This document shows, in pieces, positions 50,553 through 63,183 of a stretch of DNA of 64,000 nt. The stretch lies in NCBI GenBank assembly GCA_951406725.2, contig OX597823.1:31930001-31994000 (forward strand), read 5' to 3'. Numbering within the stretch: position 1 is the first letter of the stretch; each line of letters begins with the position of its first letter. The notes under the pieces were generated by a model. It was not told the DNA's origin. It did no database searches and worked only from the letters and a program-made list of their open reading frames with translations. The position numbers and the translations under genes are program-made. The DNA is from Octopus vulgaris. Taxonomy: Eukaryota.

Positions 50553-53500
50553 CATCATCGTTTAACATCCACTATTCATGCTAGCATGGGTTGGATGGTT
50601 TGACTGAGGACTGGTGAGCCAGAAGGCTGCACCAGGCTCCAATCCCATCTGGCAATGTTTCTACAGCTGGATGCCCTTCCTAACGCCAACCACTCCGAGA
50701 GTGTAGTGGGTGCTTTTACATGCCACCAGCACAAGGGCCAGTCGGCAGTACTGGCATCAACCACGCTCAAATGGTGCTTTTTATGATCCACCAGCATGGG
50801 TGCCAATCAGGTGGTACTGTCATCAGCAATGACAACAGCAGTAATATACTATGGAGGAGATACAAATACTTTGACATTAGGGTTTTTTTTAAAAAAACAT
50901 TTTGCTCCAAATTTATGATAAACTGGATAAAACATTTATCTGCCATGCTAAAAATTCTTGAGCTTAGATTTTAAAAATATGAATTTTTTTTTATTCATTT
51001 CAGTCATTTGACTGCGGCCATGCTGGAGTACCGCCTTTAGTTGAGCAAATTGACCCCAGGACTTATTCTTTGTAAGCCTAGTACTTATTCTGTCAGTCTC
51101 TTTTGGCCAAACCGCTAAGTTACGGGGATGTAAACACACCAGCATCAGTTGTCAAGCAATGTTGGGGGACAAACACACACACATACACATATATATGACA
51201 GGCTTCTTTCAGTTTCCGTCTACCAAATCCACTCACAAAGCTTTGGTCGGCACAAGGCTATAGTAGAAGACACTTTCCGAAGGTGCCACGCAGTGGGACT
51301 GAACTCGGAACTATGTTGATGGTAAGCAAGCTACTTACCACACAGCCACTCTTGCGCCAAAATATGAAAAAATTAATTATCATTATAATTTTTTTAGTAT
51401 CTACTTTCCCTGCTTGAATGGGTCAGACAAGACTACATTGGGGCAAAGTTTTCTAAGGCTGGATCTCTTCCTGACACCAATCTTCACCTGTTTTAAACAA
51501 AGAAATAACCCTCCATCGCAGTCTCTCAAACAATCAACAACCCAGACAGGGTTACACGGAGGATGAGAAACAAACATCATTCTTATGAAGTGAGAGCTTT
51601 TTCTGTTTACAAAGTGTGTGCAACATATCAAGGAAGTTTAGGTTGTAATTAACATTTAGGTGTTCTCTTTAGTGGCTTATAGTTTCAACCCGTTATTTTA
51701 GAACATGGCTAGAAATAATTAACTGACATGTTTTGTTGTGTCATATATGTAGCTACCCTTGGGTCAATGAGAACTGTATGGGAAGCTAGGATTAAGTTCA
51801 AACTAAAACTTAATCAGAATAAGTGTGGTGAACACCTTGGAGAAAGGGGTCATTTAGAGTGTTTCAGCAGAGTATAATTTGAGGAGTGATAGTTGAAATG
51901 GAATCTAATTCTAAATAAACATGACAGAGAATAAAATAATCCATGTGAAAAAAAAACAAAAACATATGAAAATATTCAGAAAAAATCCACAAAGTAAATC
52001 AAATAGAATATAGTGAAGCAATTAGTATCTAGAAATTAATATCATTATCATTTAATGACCACTTTTCATGCTTGCATGGGTCAGATGGAATGTTTTGAGG
52101 CAGGTTTTTCTATGGCCAGGTGCCCTTCCAGTTGCCAACCTTTACCTAAGGTAATGTTTGTCCATGACCAAACATGTCTATCATCGTCTTCATCGTCATC
52201 ATTTAATGTCTGCTTTCCATGCTGGCATTGGTTGGATTGTTCAACTGAGGACTGGCAAGCCATAAGGCTGCATCTGGCTCCAATCTGATTGGGCAAAGTT
52301 TCTACAACTGGATGCCATTCATAACACCAACCACTCCGAGGGTGTAGTGAGTGCTTTTTACATGCCACCAGCATGGGAGCCAGTCAGGCAGCACTGGCAT
52401 CCACCACGCTCAAATGGTGCTTTTTACGTGCCACCAGTACGAGTGCCATTGAAAGACTGAAAATTAACAACACAGCTTATATGGTCATGATGCTAGTTTA
52501 CAACCCTCACATGATGTGAAGACAAGGGTTGATACACATGCACACACACTGCTTTCCATTGACCAAATACATGGACAAGGCTTTGATCAGCCCTAGGCTA
52601 AAGTAGGAGACACTTGCCCAAGGTGCCATGCAGTGGGATTGAACTCAAGGCCACATGGCTGTGAAGCAAGCTTCTTAACCACACAGCCATGCCATCAGCT
52701 AATATATGGCATAATAATTAAACACAATTATTAGATTTTAAATGATACAACACAGAGAGTGGGGGAAATGTGCAAAGCTGAAAAGAAAACAACAACAAAC
52801 AATAAAATAAATGATGACAAAATTTAGCAGAGACAACCAAAATAATCAGAGGTAAGGGAAACGCAAACTAGGTAGGTAGGTAGGTGGGTAGGGCTACAAT
52901 TGGTACGAATCAAAGAAGACAAAGCTACACACATAATGAAGGGAGGAGGCTGAGGCTACAGAATGAACAAAACTAACAGCAGACAGAAATACAATAAAGA
53001 TGTACAACAGTCATTTTTAATGTGCTGCTAGTAGGAGGAGGAGGAGGAAACAGAAATCTGTAGAACAACCTCTAAACCTTAACTGGAAGTGGTAGCCATA
53101 ATAGGAGTGTTGTGTTAAAAAGATGATACAAGTGTTGAGACGAAGTGCTTCATTATCTCACGTGTTGATGCTATTCACTAAACGAGTCTGTGGAACAAGA
53201 GAAGTTGGTTAGAAATGAAGAGTTTGAATATTAGAAATTAAATTTTAGACATTGGAACAATTAAATATGCAATCAATAACACAACCATTAAATTTCAAAA
53301 TACAAATCATAAAAAGAGAAAATGTTGCAAACATACAGCGTAGGTGTTTATGAAAGGGTCTCTATACAGGGTAGGTGTTTATGAAAGGGTCTCTAGAGTA
53401 GGTGTTTATGAAAATCCTGCTCTTTATGTAAATATACACATGTGAAAAATAACCTGCTTTATATATATGTTAATAAAGAAACAACTGTTATTTATATATA

Positions 53501-55479
53501 TAAACATCAAGCAAGTGTTTATAAAAGAGTTAATCTGTACATAAATCTAAGCATTCATAAAAAGTTTGTAGAGGCATAAAGATATTTATAAGAAACCTGC
53601 TACCTGTACATAATATAAAAATGTAAATGCTTTTTAAACCTGAAGTGATTTCAAAGGGTCATGGCTTAGCTCTGGTTTTACCACATCATTGAGACTCAAT
53701 GCATCAACCACATTTGAGCATGTATTTGGAATGATTTGTTCCATTGCTTCAACAACAAGTTGTTCAAGTGCTCTTAGCTTATGCTCCTTAATCATCAATC
53801 CACTCAGTGTTACTGATAGAATATTAGGAAGTTTATTCACCAATTCTTGCTTGACATAACTTTTCACTATTCACCAAATTTGTTCAATTGGATTGAACAC
53901 AGGACTGCAAGGCACCATTTGTTAAACTTCACACATTGAAAATTGATTTTCATTATGAACATGCTCCATTTCAGAATGACATGGGGGCATTACCAATTAC
54001 CATAACTACTGATCTGCCATATTCTTTTCTCTAAGCACAAGGCCCAAAATTTTTGGAGGAGGGGCCCAGTCAATTAGACTGACCCCAGTAAGCAACTGGT
54101 ACTTAATTTATTGACCCCCAAAAGGATGAAAAGCAAAGTCAACCTCGGCAGAATTTGAACACGGAACATAAAGACAGACAAAATACTGCTAAGCATTTCG
54201 CCCAGCATGCTAACAATTCTGCCAGCTCACTGACTTACTGATCTGTCATAGTGACTAAATGCCTTGATTAGGCAATGGCTCATCCATTCTTGGCATTCCC
54301 TTTTTCAAATGAGCCCTGTTCGAGGTTATAGTGAACAAGATCACCATTTCCAATGCAGCCAATAATATGAAAATTTGCTCCTTTTCAAACAGATGCCAAT
54401 GTCATACATCTTGTTCTTCATGGAGATCTACCTTCACATCTTGAGATAAGAAATTTTAAAATTGCTCTCATCCATAAACAAAATTGGTTTGTTGTTAGCC
54501 TGATATTCAAGCAAATTTAAGACAAAATTTCTACGTTTTTCTTTATTCTCAAGACAGTTTGCCCTTTCAGGGTTCATTTCTTACACTTCTCAATGTATAC
54601 ATCATCAAATCCAAATGCCTGGCAACTGTTTGCCTTGATATATTAAGTTCAAATTTTTGCCGTACTGTGCTACAAATTTCGCCAAGTGTTATTTTAAGAT
54701 TATTTTCAATGAATTCAGTAAAATAATTTACATATGCTTCGACTACTTTCGAATAAGTTTTACCACCTCCTTTATCCTCTTTGACAACCGAGCGATAGGT
54801 AGTCGATTGTGGTCCATTCAAATTCCGTGGTCAATCTCCTCCAATTATTGTGGTAAACAGTTAAAATTTGTGTTATTTTTCTCTCCACAAATAGCTTTGT
54901 TCTTTCATTCTTCTAGCCATTGTGCTTATCGATTAAGTAAGAATAATTCAAACTGAACGATTCCAACATTTTTTAAAGAATATTGTAAATGTCTAGTAAA
55001 TGGATTTTATGGAAATATAGAAACATCACACACTCTTTCAATAAAAAAAAAAACACCTTTCAAGACAAGCGGGAAATAACAATGGATGAAAAACGAATCC
55101 AGAGACAGTTCTGCCCCCTTAAAGAGAATATTCACTCTTTCTGCCTTATGATAGTCTCTCTCTCTGTAAGAAGCAACAGCTGTAGTTCCAAGTCAGATAA
55201 CCACATATTCTTAATATTCTCATTTTGAGTGGAGCTATTCCATATTGAATGGAATTATTGCTCATATTGGATGTGAAATGGTACAGTACAGTGTTTATTT
55301 CTAGTTTCATAAGCAGATTATGCTGTGTTAGTCTCTGAAGACAACACTCAGAGACTATGGTGGTCACTATCATTGATCTATCTTCGTTTAGGTTTTACTT
55401 GTTTCAGTCAATGGTCTGCAGCCATTCTGGAACATGGCATTTGTTCAGCTAAACCGTTGCTACAATTTTGATGCTTACT

Positions 55480-55536
<57 letters not shown>

Positions 55537-57742
55537 TCACTCTCACTCACTCACTCCCTCTTTCTCTCACTCACTCACTCTCTCTCACTCCCTCTCATTC
55601 ACTCACTCTGTCTCTTCCTCTCTCACTCACTCTCTCTCTCTCACTCATGTTCAATGTGTATATTTTGAGTGTGAAAGAAGACCTCTACGAAATTACCTGA
55701 CTTATAGAAATAACAGCCAAGTATCCTTCAAATCAAATCATTCTGCCTTTAAAAACAACGAACACATTGGATAATGTAACCCTAGATACACTAATCCTAA
55801 ACATTATCATTAAACATCTGTGTTCCATGCTGGCATGTGTTTTTCAGTTTGACAGGGCACAACAAGCCTCAGAACTACATTAGGCCCTATAGCCAGCTTT
55901 GTCATGGTTTCTACAGCTGGATGCTCTTCCTGATGCCAACCACTTTACAGAGTGTACATGGTGCATTTTCTCATGACCCCAGTACTTGTGAAGTTGTCAA
56001 GAAAGGAAAAGAAAACAGATCCCTTGATTGAATGAGTGTGTATTTGAGAGATTGGGGTGGCTTTATGCCAGGTATTGAATGCTAACCAACTTGGGATCAA
56101 ACAACAAATTCCACACTGAAATACAAATGATGAAGAATGATCAAATTAAGAGATGACCAATGAAAGATAGATCTCACCATGGTCAGTGCTAACAGAATGA
56201 AGAGGGGCACTAATTAGCAGAAGAGAATAAATTAATGAATTACCTTTGAACATCATTAGTGGCTTCAGATGAAAACTCCTCCTTTGATTTCAAATGGACA
56301 CTTGATAGTGAACCTTCAACTCTTGCTAGTTCACTCTTCTTTCTCTGCATTGATGTTGAAGAAGACATGTGCCGCCTTGACTTAAACATTAATTTGTTGT
56401 TATGAAACGAACCTTCGGCTGACCATGTGTGGTTATGATTTAAATGAAGCAATGAGCGTTGCTTATCATTACCACTGGACACAGATCGGCTTAAGCCAGT
56501 TTTAACCGCATCTTTCTTGTCATATAGGGAGTTACTTTTGACTGGTTTGGAGAAGATGGCAGGTGAAATTGAAGTCTGGGAACAGAAAAAAGTTGACAAT
56601 TAAGTAATCAAGATAAATCTAATGTAAAAAATTAAATTTTCTCTATAGAAAAATAGACTACAGTAAAAACTTGACTCTAAAACCACTTCATATATTCATA
56701 TAGCACCAGGTGAAAAGACAAATAAACTAGCAAAAAATCATTATCCAATCATTTTTTGCTGGTTTATTTATCTTTTCACCTGGTACTGTATGAATAGATG
56801 AAGTGTTTTTAGAGTCCAGTTTTAACTGCTATCTCTAGCATGGTGGTATCTCTTAGATACCCTTAATTTTAATTTTAATAATTAATACCTATAAGGTTTT
56901 TATTCCTATGCTGGCCACTTGATATGATTAGTATTTTAAATAATGATCTTATCCTTATTTATATAAAAATATATAGCAAAATATTAATTCTGTTAAAGCA
57001 ATAAAAGCCAACCCTTACTGGATCCAGGCTATTGAAGCATTAATGGGAAAAGATATTATGTTAGTTGTGCCTGGGGAGAGTCATTCTCCCTTAGTGTCTT
57101 ATAATTTAACACACTCACTGGTAAAATTTCCACTCATTTCCTTCTTTATTTTTCTAAAACTATTGAAAAGGTTGCAAGACACAATGAAAATTTTAGAAAA
57201 ATAAATAAGTAAATGAGTGGAAACTTTACAGGTGAGTGTGTTAAATTATAAGGCACCAAAAGAGAATGACTCTCACCAGACACAACAGAATATGTTTCAA
57301 CACACGAACTCACATAAAGAATCTTGCAAACCAAATCCAAAAATGAAATATCATGTTAGCTTCAATGGAAAACACCTTTGATAACTGAAGTGCCAACAAG
57401 GGAGTTGCTAGAAATAGGAAACGAATTTCCTTCAAACTGCAATTTACCAACATTACTTCATTATTTTCCATCAAGTTTTTCATGCTGGCATGGGTTGGAC
57501 ATGTTATCACAGACCAAATCAGTTTTTATCTTAAGATTCCGTCCTTCTAGTCAGGCTGAGGACTGTGTTTTGCTCATACACAACATTTTTGGCTTGATTT
57601 CTATAACTATAAGCCTGTCCTATCACCAACCACTATACAAAGTACACTGAGAATATATCTAATGACGCCATCTGCCTTAGGGAGGTTGTTATGTCCCAGA
57701 TAAAACAGAAAAGTCCTCTCTACTCCACACTGTTCATGTTAA

Positions 57743-57782
<40 letters not shown>

Positions 57783-58424
57783 TGGAATAATGTACTCCTA
57801 GAACATCATGTTGAACTAAAAATATTGGCCATAGCTCTGCTCAGGAATGGTCTGGAGCAAAACAAAACATTCATAATTGAATATTTGACGGTGGTGTTAA
57901 CAATAAGTATTGTGGTATTTAGTTACATTTCTTTACAGTTTGAGTTCAAATCCCACCAGTTTATGAAATAAATACGAGTCAATTAAAGGCAAATTAAATC
58001 TACTCTACTCCCTTCCTTGAAATTTGAGTCTATGTGTACTGAAGTTATGACATAATCATCATCATTATAGTCATTATCATCAAATAACATTTGCTTCTGC
58101 CAGACTAACTCCTGTGCCGGTGGCACGTAAAAAGCACCATTCAAGCGTGATTGATGCCAGTGCCGCCTGACTGGCCCTCATGCGGGTGGCATGTAAAAAG
58201 CACCATTCGAGTGTGATCATTGCCAGTGCCACCTGACTGGTACTTTTGCCGGTGACACATAAAAAGCATGCACTACACTCTCAGAGTGGTTGGCATTAGG
58301 AAAGGCATCCAGCAGTAGAAACTTTGCCAGATCAGATTGGAGCCTAGTGCAGCCTTCTGGCTCGCCAGTCCTCAGTCATGGGTTGGACGCAACCCATGTC
58401 AGCATGGAAAGTGGACGTTAAACA

Positions 58425-58462
<38 letters not shown>

Positions 58463-59817
58463 GATGATGAAGATGGTGGTGGTGGTGGTGGTGGTGGTGA
58501 TGGTGATGTTGATTTCCATATTGGCTTGGGTTGAATAGCTTGACAGGATTCACTGAACTGCAAGGCTGTGTCAAACTCTAATATCAGCTTTGGCATGGTT
58601 GCTATAATTGGATGCTCTTCCTAACACCAACCACTTTACAGTAGGTGCTGGGTGCTTTCTTTCATGCCACCTACACTAGTGGGGTCACCAAGTAACTTGC
58701 AAGACAGAAAAAGGAGCAATTTCAATTTGAAGCAGTAATTTCTCTTTGTGTGTGTGTGTCAAGGTGCTTATAAACACATTTTCAAATTATAATACTTACA
58801 CTTTTGGAGATATCTGACTTTGCTCTCTGAAGTTTTGAGTCGATGGGTTTATTCCGAGATGTAAACTTAGTGGTGTGCTTTGGAACACTTTCAGAACAGA
58901 CATTGTAACTAATGGGGTTAATTTTGTTGTGTTGAAGTCGTGTACTTCTCAGACTAGCCAAACCTGGTGACTCAGTGCTGTTGGGAAGAGTGAAAGAACC
59001 TGAAACTTTGGTTTCAGATATCGTAGACTCTTCTTCCTTTTTGTTGTTACCTACATTGCATTTTCGGGAACACGATGTTAACCGGGAAGAAACTGGAAAG
59101 ATGAAAAGAGGAAAATCAGATATTACTACAATTTCAGTTGTCAATAAATTCATGTGAAGAAGGGCATTTGTGTATACACACACATATATATATATACATA
59201 CATATGTATACTACTCATAAACACAAACAAACACACACATACACACACACACACACAATATATATATAGCACAACGCTTTCCTATCTGGAAGCCTCTTAT
59301 TGTATTTCTATATGAATAATATATAGTCTAATGACTAATTCGTTTTTTGTGCTAGGCCACTGGTAATAATAATTTATTATTACCCTATTTTATTATGTTT
59401 TATTATGTTTTATTATATATATATATATTGGCCTGCTCGCTTAGCCAGCGGGGTGGCGTCGTTCGAAGGATAAAACAATGCGAACGCATTGTGACCAGCG
59501 ATGTGTAGCAACATCTGATGGTCTGATCGGTCACGTGAATATATATATATATATATATAATAATAAATATTAGGGAATGAATCCAAAATTACAGGGAAAA
59601 ATCAGATTTAGGGTTAAATCCAATTTTATAGTAAAATATTATATAATATAATTCGAGACAAAACCACTATTTTAAAACCAAACAAGGAAAGACTTAATAC
59701 ATAAAATTTTAATATAAATTAAATAAATTTATTTATTTTATTTAATTTATATTAAAATTTTATGTATTGATTAAGTCTTTCCTTGTTTGGTTTTAAAATA
59801 GTGGTTTTGTCTCGAAT

Positions 59818-59875
<58 letters not shown>

Positions 59876-60201
59876 GTTTAAGTAGTTGAATGAATTATCT
59901 TAGTATGGATAATTCGGTTAACCGATACCCGGGTAGCAAATTTAAGTCAGAAAGCACGGTTGAAGCTACATGCCAAGGGCAGAAATCACGTGCTTTTAGA
60001 TGACTGCCCACACAGAGTTTTTGTTCGTCATGATGCTGACATAAGTTCCTTGTCTTTCCTGATGAGAAGGCGGCATAATGCACCCTTTATTCCTTCGGAA
60101 TTAAGAATATGCAGTCTTCGAAACATGTGTCGAGAATAAGGGAATTTTGTTAAATCATCGTTTGACTCCATTCTTTCATTTATCTATATATATATATAAA
60201 T

Positions 60202-60240
<39 letters not shown>

Positions 60241-61251
60241 TATGTATTATTTAAAACGGCTTGATTTGGTTTCTATGTGACTTCATGTTTTGCAGGCCCC
60301 TAATGGAGCCCGTCTCATTCAGGCTTCTGGAATAACCAAATCAAACTGTTTTCATGTAACTCCAACTAAATGTGTTGTGTGCCCTTTCCTTCCATTTGTC
60401 CCCTCACTTGTACATATATATATATATCATCATCATCATCATCTTTTAAAAGAGATATTAAAGGATGATGATGATGAGTGTTGGTCTCTAACCGTGAAGG
60501 GAACCTGTGGCAGAGGTAGACCCAGGAAGATATAGGAAGAGGTGGTGAAGCATGATCTTTGAATGTGGGGTTTCATGGAGGCAATGACAAGTGATCGTGA
60601 CCTTTGGCAATTTGCTTGCCAAGTGAAATTGTAGTTGTGGCCGGTGCCAGTGACACATACAAGAACATGTGCCAGTGACACATAAAAGCACCCATGTGAC
60701 ATGCAAGAGGCACCCACTACATTCTTGGAGTGGTTGGCATTAAAAAGGTCATCAAGCTGCAGAAACCAATTCAAATTCAGACTGGAACCTGGTACAGCTT
60801 TCCATCTCAACAGTTCCAGTCAAGCCATCTAACCCATGCCAGTATGGAAAATGGACGTTAAATGATGATGATGATGATGATGATAGACACACATATACAG
60901 ACACACAGCTGAGTGGTTAAAAAGTGCACTTCTCTCAGTTGAATGAAAGGGTGGACCAGAGGCAGTCACAGGTGAATGAATATCAAATAAGTTACTCAGT
61001 AGAATAGATTTGCCAGTGGACCAAATCATACTGATCACCCCAGTGTTTTCCTGTAACCTGTGGAATTAACTGAGGGAGGGGACCAAGAAAGAAAAAAAGC
61101 AAGAGAAATCCTACCATCTTTTAATGGACGCAGTTCTTTCTTGCCAGAGTTGAGATTTTTTGGAACTGTTTCTGATGTTGTTGAGAGTGAGTTTAATGAA
61201 ATAGTGTCATTAGAGTTGATTTTGTTACGTGAAGAGGAGAAATGAGAAAAA
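42129..61251 (-). CDS. 3' portion of an unidentified protein-coding gene (7 exons; Ser/Lys-rich low-complexity C-terminal region; 5' part lies beyond the window)
   Basis: Seven AG/GT-bounded non-repetitive segments chain with consistent phases (2/1, 1/0, 0/2, 2/1, 1/2, 2/0, 0/stop) into one ORF ending ...EKSKINTDYTDYVAPLI*. No domain recognised. Confidence 0.75.
43581..43656 (-). CDS. minus-strand gene exon F
   Basis: tttcag|C...GAA|gtgagt; NVNRLPFQIEGCSLRNCSKSAKEPE. Confidence 0.7.
44948..45503. mobile_element. tRNA/hammerhead foldback element copy D (longest arms)
   Basis: Inverted arms include ~45 nt upstream of the tRNA-like head; tail on left; A-rich TSD-like flanks ATAAAAAAAAA(A)C. 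Confidence 0.85.
45567..45627 (-). CDS. minus-strand gene exon E
   Basis: tttaaag|AT...AG|gtaagt; YRCSIAKAATFQSFVNLPF; phase bridges exons D and F. Confidence 0.65.
47202..47410 (-). CDS. minus-strand gene exon D (contains PPKKKRKY)
   Basis: ctgcag|A AAT...A|gtaagt; NMPPKKKRKYSLFKKK...QQFTKTNS. Confidence 0.75.
49380..50475 (+). mobile_element. decayed mariner transposase
   Basis: NWFRYFKEGD..KDKPMSGRPS (HTH), IVTGNEKW (first catalytic D region), LLQHGNAPGHTA (second D region); frameshifted. Confidence 0.85.
53162..53187 (-). other. candidate alternative exon of the minus-strand gene (26-nt microexon, or start of an alternative terminal exon)
   Basis: Strong acceptor TTCTAAC-CAACTTCTCTTGTTCCACAG before 53187 and donor-like AC|gtgaga after 53162. 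Confidence 0.45.
53630..54920 (-). mobile_element. decayed Tc1/IS630-like DDE transposase interrupted by a SINE
   Basis: ITLGEICSTVRQKFELNISRQTVARHL, LFMDESNF, IGNAPCHS, SPVFNPIEQIW; SINE 54022-54235 with TSD TACTGATCTG(C/T)CATA. Confidence 0.8.
56244..56575 (-). CDS. minus-strand gene exon C
   Basis: tcccag|ACT...AG|gtaatt; TSISPAIFSKP...SSEATNDVQ. Confidence 0.8.
56660..57290. repeat. two adjacent foldback (palindromic) elements: 56660-56830 and 57065-57290
   Basis: The arms of each are reverse-complementary over ~80-95 bp; flanks of the second recur at 26095-26170. Confidence 0.75.
58800..59092 (-). CDS. minus-strand gene exon B
   Basis: ttccag|TT...AGT|gtaagt; VSSRLTSCSRK...KLQRAKSDISKS. 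Confidence 0.8.
59640..59830. repeat. near-perfect AT-rich palindrome in (TA)n with a one-sided extension (59560-59640)
   Basis: TTCGAGACAAAACCACTATTTTAAAACCAAACAAGGAAAGACTTAAT... / ...ATTAAGTCTTTCCTTGTTTGGTTTTAAAATAGTGGTTTTGTCTCGAA. Confidence 0.85.
60046..60144 (+). ncRNA. type I hammerhead ribozyme motif within a (TA)n-flanked repeat (likely a Penelope pseudo-LTR fragment)
   Basis: Stem I TTCCTTGTCTTTC/GAGAATAAGGGAA; CTGATGA 60059-60065; stem II GAAG-GC-G-GCATA/TATGC-A-GT-CTTC; GAAA 60120-60123; stem III ACA-TG-TGT; GTC cleavage triplet 60129-60131. Confidence 0.75.
61115..61251 (-). CDS. minus-strand gene exon A
   Basis: tttcag|T...GAT G|gtagg; FSHFSSSRNKINSNDTISLNSLSTTSETVPKNLNSGKKELRPLKD. 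Confidence 0.7.
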
Positions 61252-61845
61252 CTGAAAAGAGAGAAATCGTGAAAGTCTAAAAATGTAGCAAAAAAGACAA
61301 GCAAAAAGAAAAACAGATAAATATGAATATATCACACAAAAACAAAAACAAAAAAAACAGATGTTGAAAGAAAGAACTGCTGCCATCAGACATAAGGAGA
61401 TCTATAATATTCTAAAGATGAGAATTTATAGATAAGATAAGTTTTATAAGTTAGAGAATGGAGAAGAGTCTGCCTCTCAGACTATGGTACTGATGTAGGT
61501 GGGGTTTAGTTTGAATCTCTGTGGTTCTGTGTCTGCAGGGAAAGAATTACAAGGATGGAATTCCAGGGAGTTTCTGTTCTAGGAAGGAAGGATTGTAAGA
61601 AATATTTAGTGTGGGATCAGGGAGGTGAGATACAGTAAGGGGATAGATAGAGATGTTGCTATGTGGAGAAGGGTATGTGGCTAGCTAAATGAAGAGAATA
61701 GAGATTAATGTCTCTGTTGTTAAAACAGTGTTTTAAAAGTTTAAAAAAAAAAGTAAACTCAGAAAATAAAGGGGGGAAAAGGGAAAGAAAATTCACAGCG
61801 GCAATGCTCTTCTCAATACGTGTGATGTTCAAGTTAAAACTATTA

Positions 61846-61916
<71 letters not shown>

Positions 61917-63152
61917 ATTAAGTTGGTAAGCTGGCAGAGTCATTAGCGTGCTGAACAAAATGCTTAGTGGTATTTCATCTGTTGCAACATTCTGAGTTCA
62001 AATACTGCTAAGGTCAACTTTGTCTTTCGTCCTTTTGGGGGTCGATGAAATAAGTACCAGTTGAACACTGGGGTTGATCAAATCGACTAGTTCCCTCCCC
62101 AAAAATTTCAGGCCTTGTGCCTATTAGTAGAAAGGATTGTTATTATCATTGAGGTGATAAGCTGGCAAAATCGTGAGGATTCCAGGCGAAATTCTTAGCG
62201 GCATTTCATCCATCTTTACTCAGAAGGGTTCAAATTCCACTGAGGTCAACTTTGCCTTTCATCCTTTTGGGGTTGATAGAATAAGAGCCTGTTAAGCACT
62301 GGAGTTGATGTAATTGACTAATCCCTCTCCCAAAATTTCACGTCTTGTGCCTATAGGAGAAAGGAATCTACTATACGTACAAGGCCTGAAATTTGGTGGA
62401 GTGGGGGGGGGGGAGCAGTCGATTAGATCGACTCCAATACACAATTGGTACTTGTTTCATTGACCCCTAAAGCATGGAAGATAAAGTCGACCTTGGCAGA
62501 ATTTGAACTCAGAATGTTGCAACAGATGAAATACCACTACACATTTTGCTCAGCATGCTAATGACTCTGCCAGCTTACCAACTTAATAATAATAATCATC
62601 ATCATCTGTGTCGTCGTTTAACGTTCACTTTCCATGCTGGCATGGGTTGGACAGTTTGACTGAGGACTGGCAAGCCAGAAGGTTGCGCCAGGCTCCAATC
62701 CAATCTGGCAATGTTTCTACAGCTGGATGCCCTTCCTAATGCCAACCACTCTGATAGTGTAGTGGGTGCTTTTTATGTGCCACCATCACAAGGTCCAGTC
62801 AGGTGGTACTGATAATGGCCACACTTGAATGGTGCTTTCTACGTGCCACCTGCATGGAAGCCAGTCAGCCGGCACTAGCATCAACCACACTTGAACGGTG
62901 CTTTTTATGCGCCACCGGCATGGGTGCAAATCAAGCAGTACTGTCATTGGTCACGACAATGACTTCATTTGCCTTAACAGGTCTTTGCAAGCACAGTTTA
63001 TTGTCCAATGATTGAAAGGTGCTCTTAAATGGGCTGGTTATGCTGCACTGGCATAGGCCACAGTTATGGTCTCTTTTGGCTTGCTGGGTCTTCTGTAGCA
63101 CAGCATATCTCCAAAGGTTTTGGTCGCTTGTCATCACATTGGTAAGGCCCTC

Positions 63153-63183
<31 letters not shown>

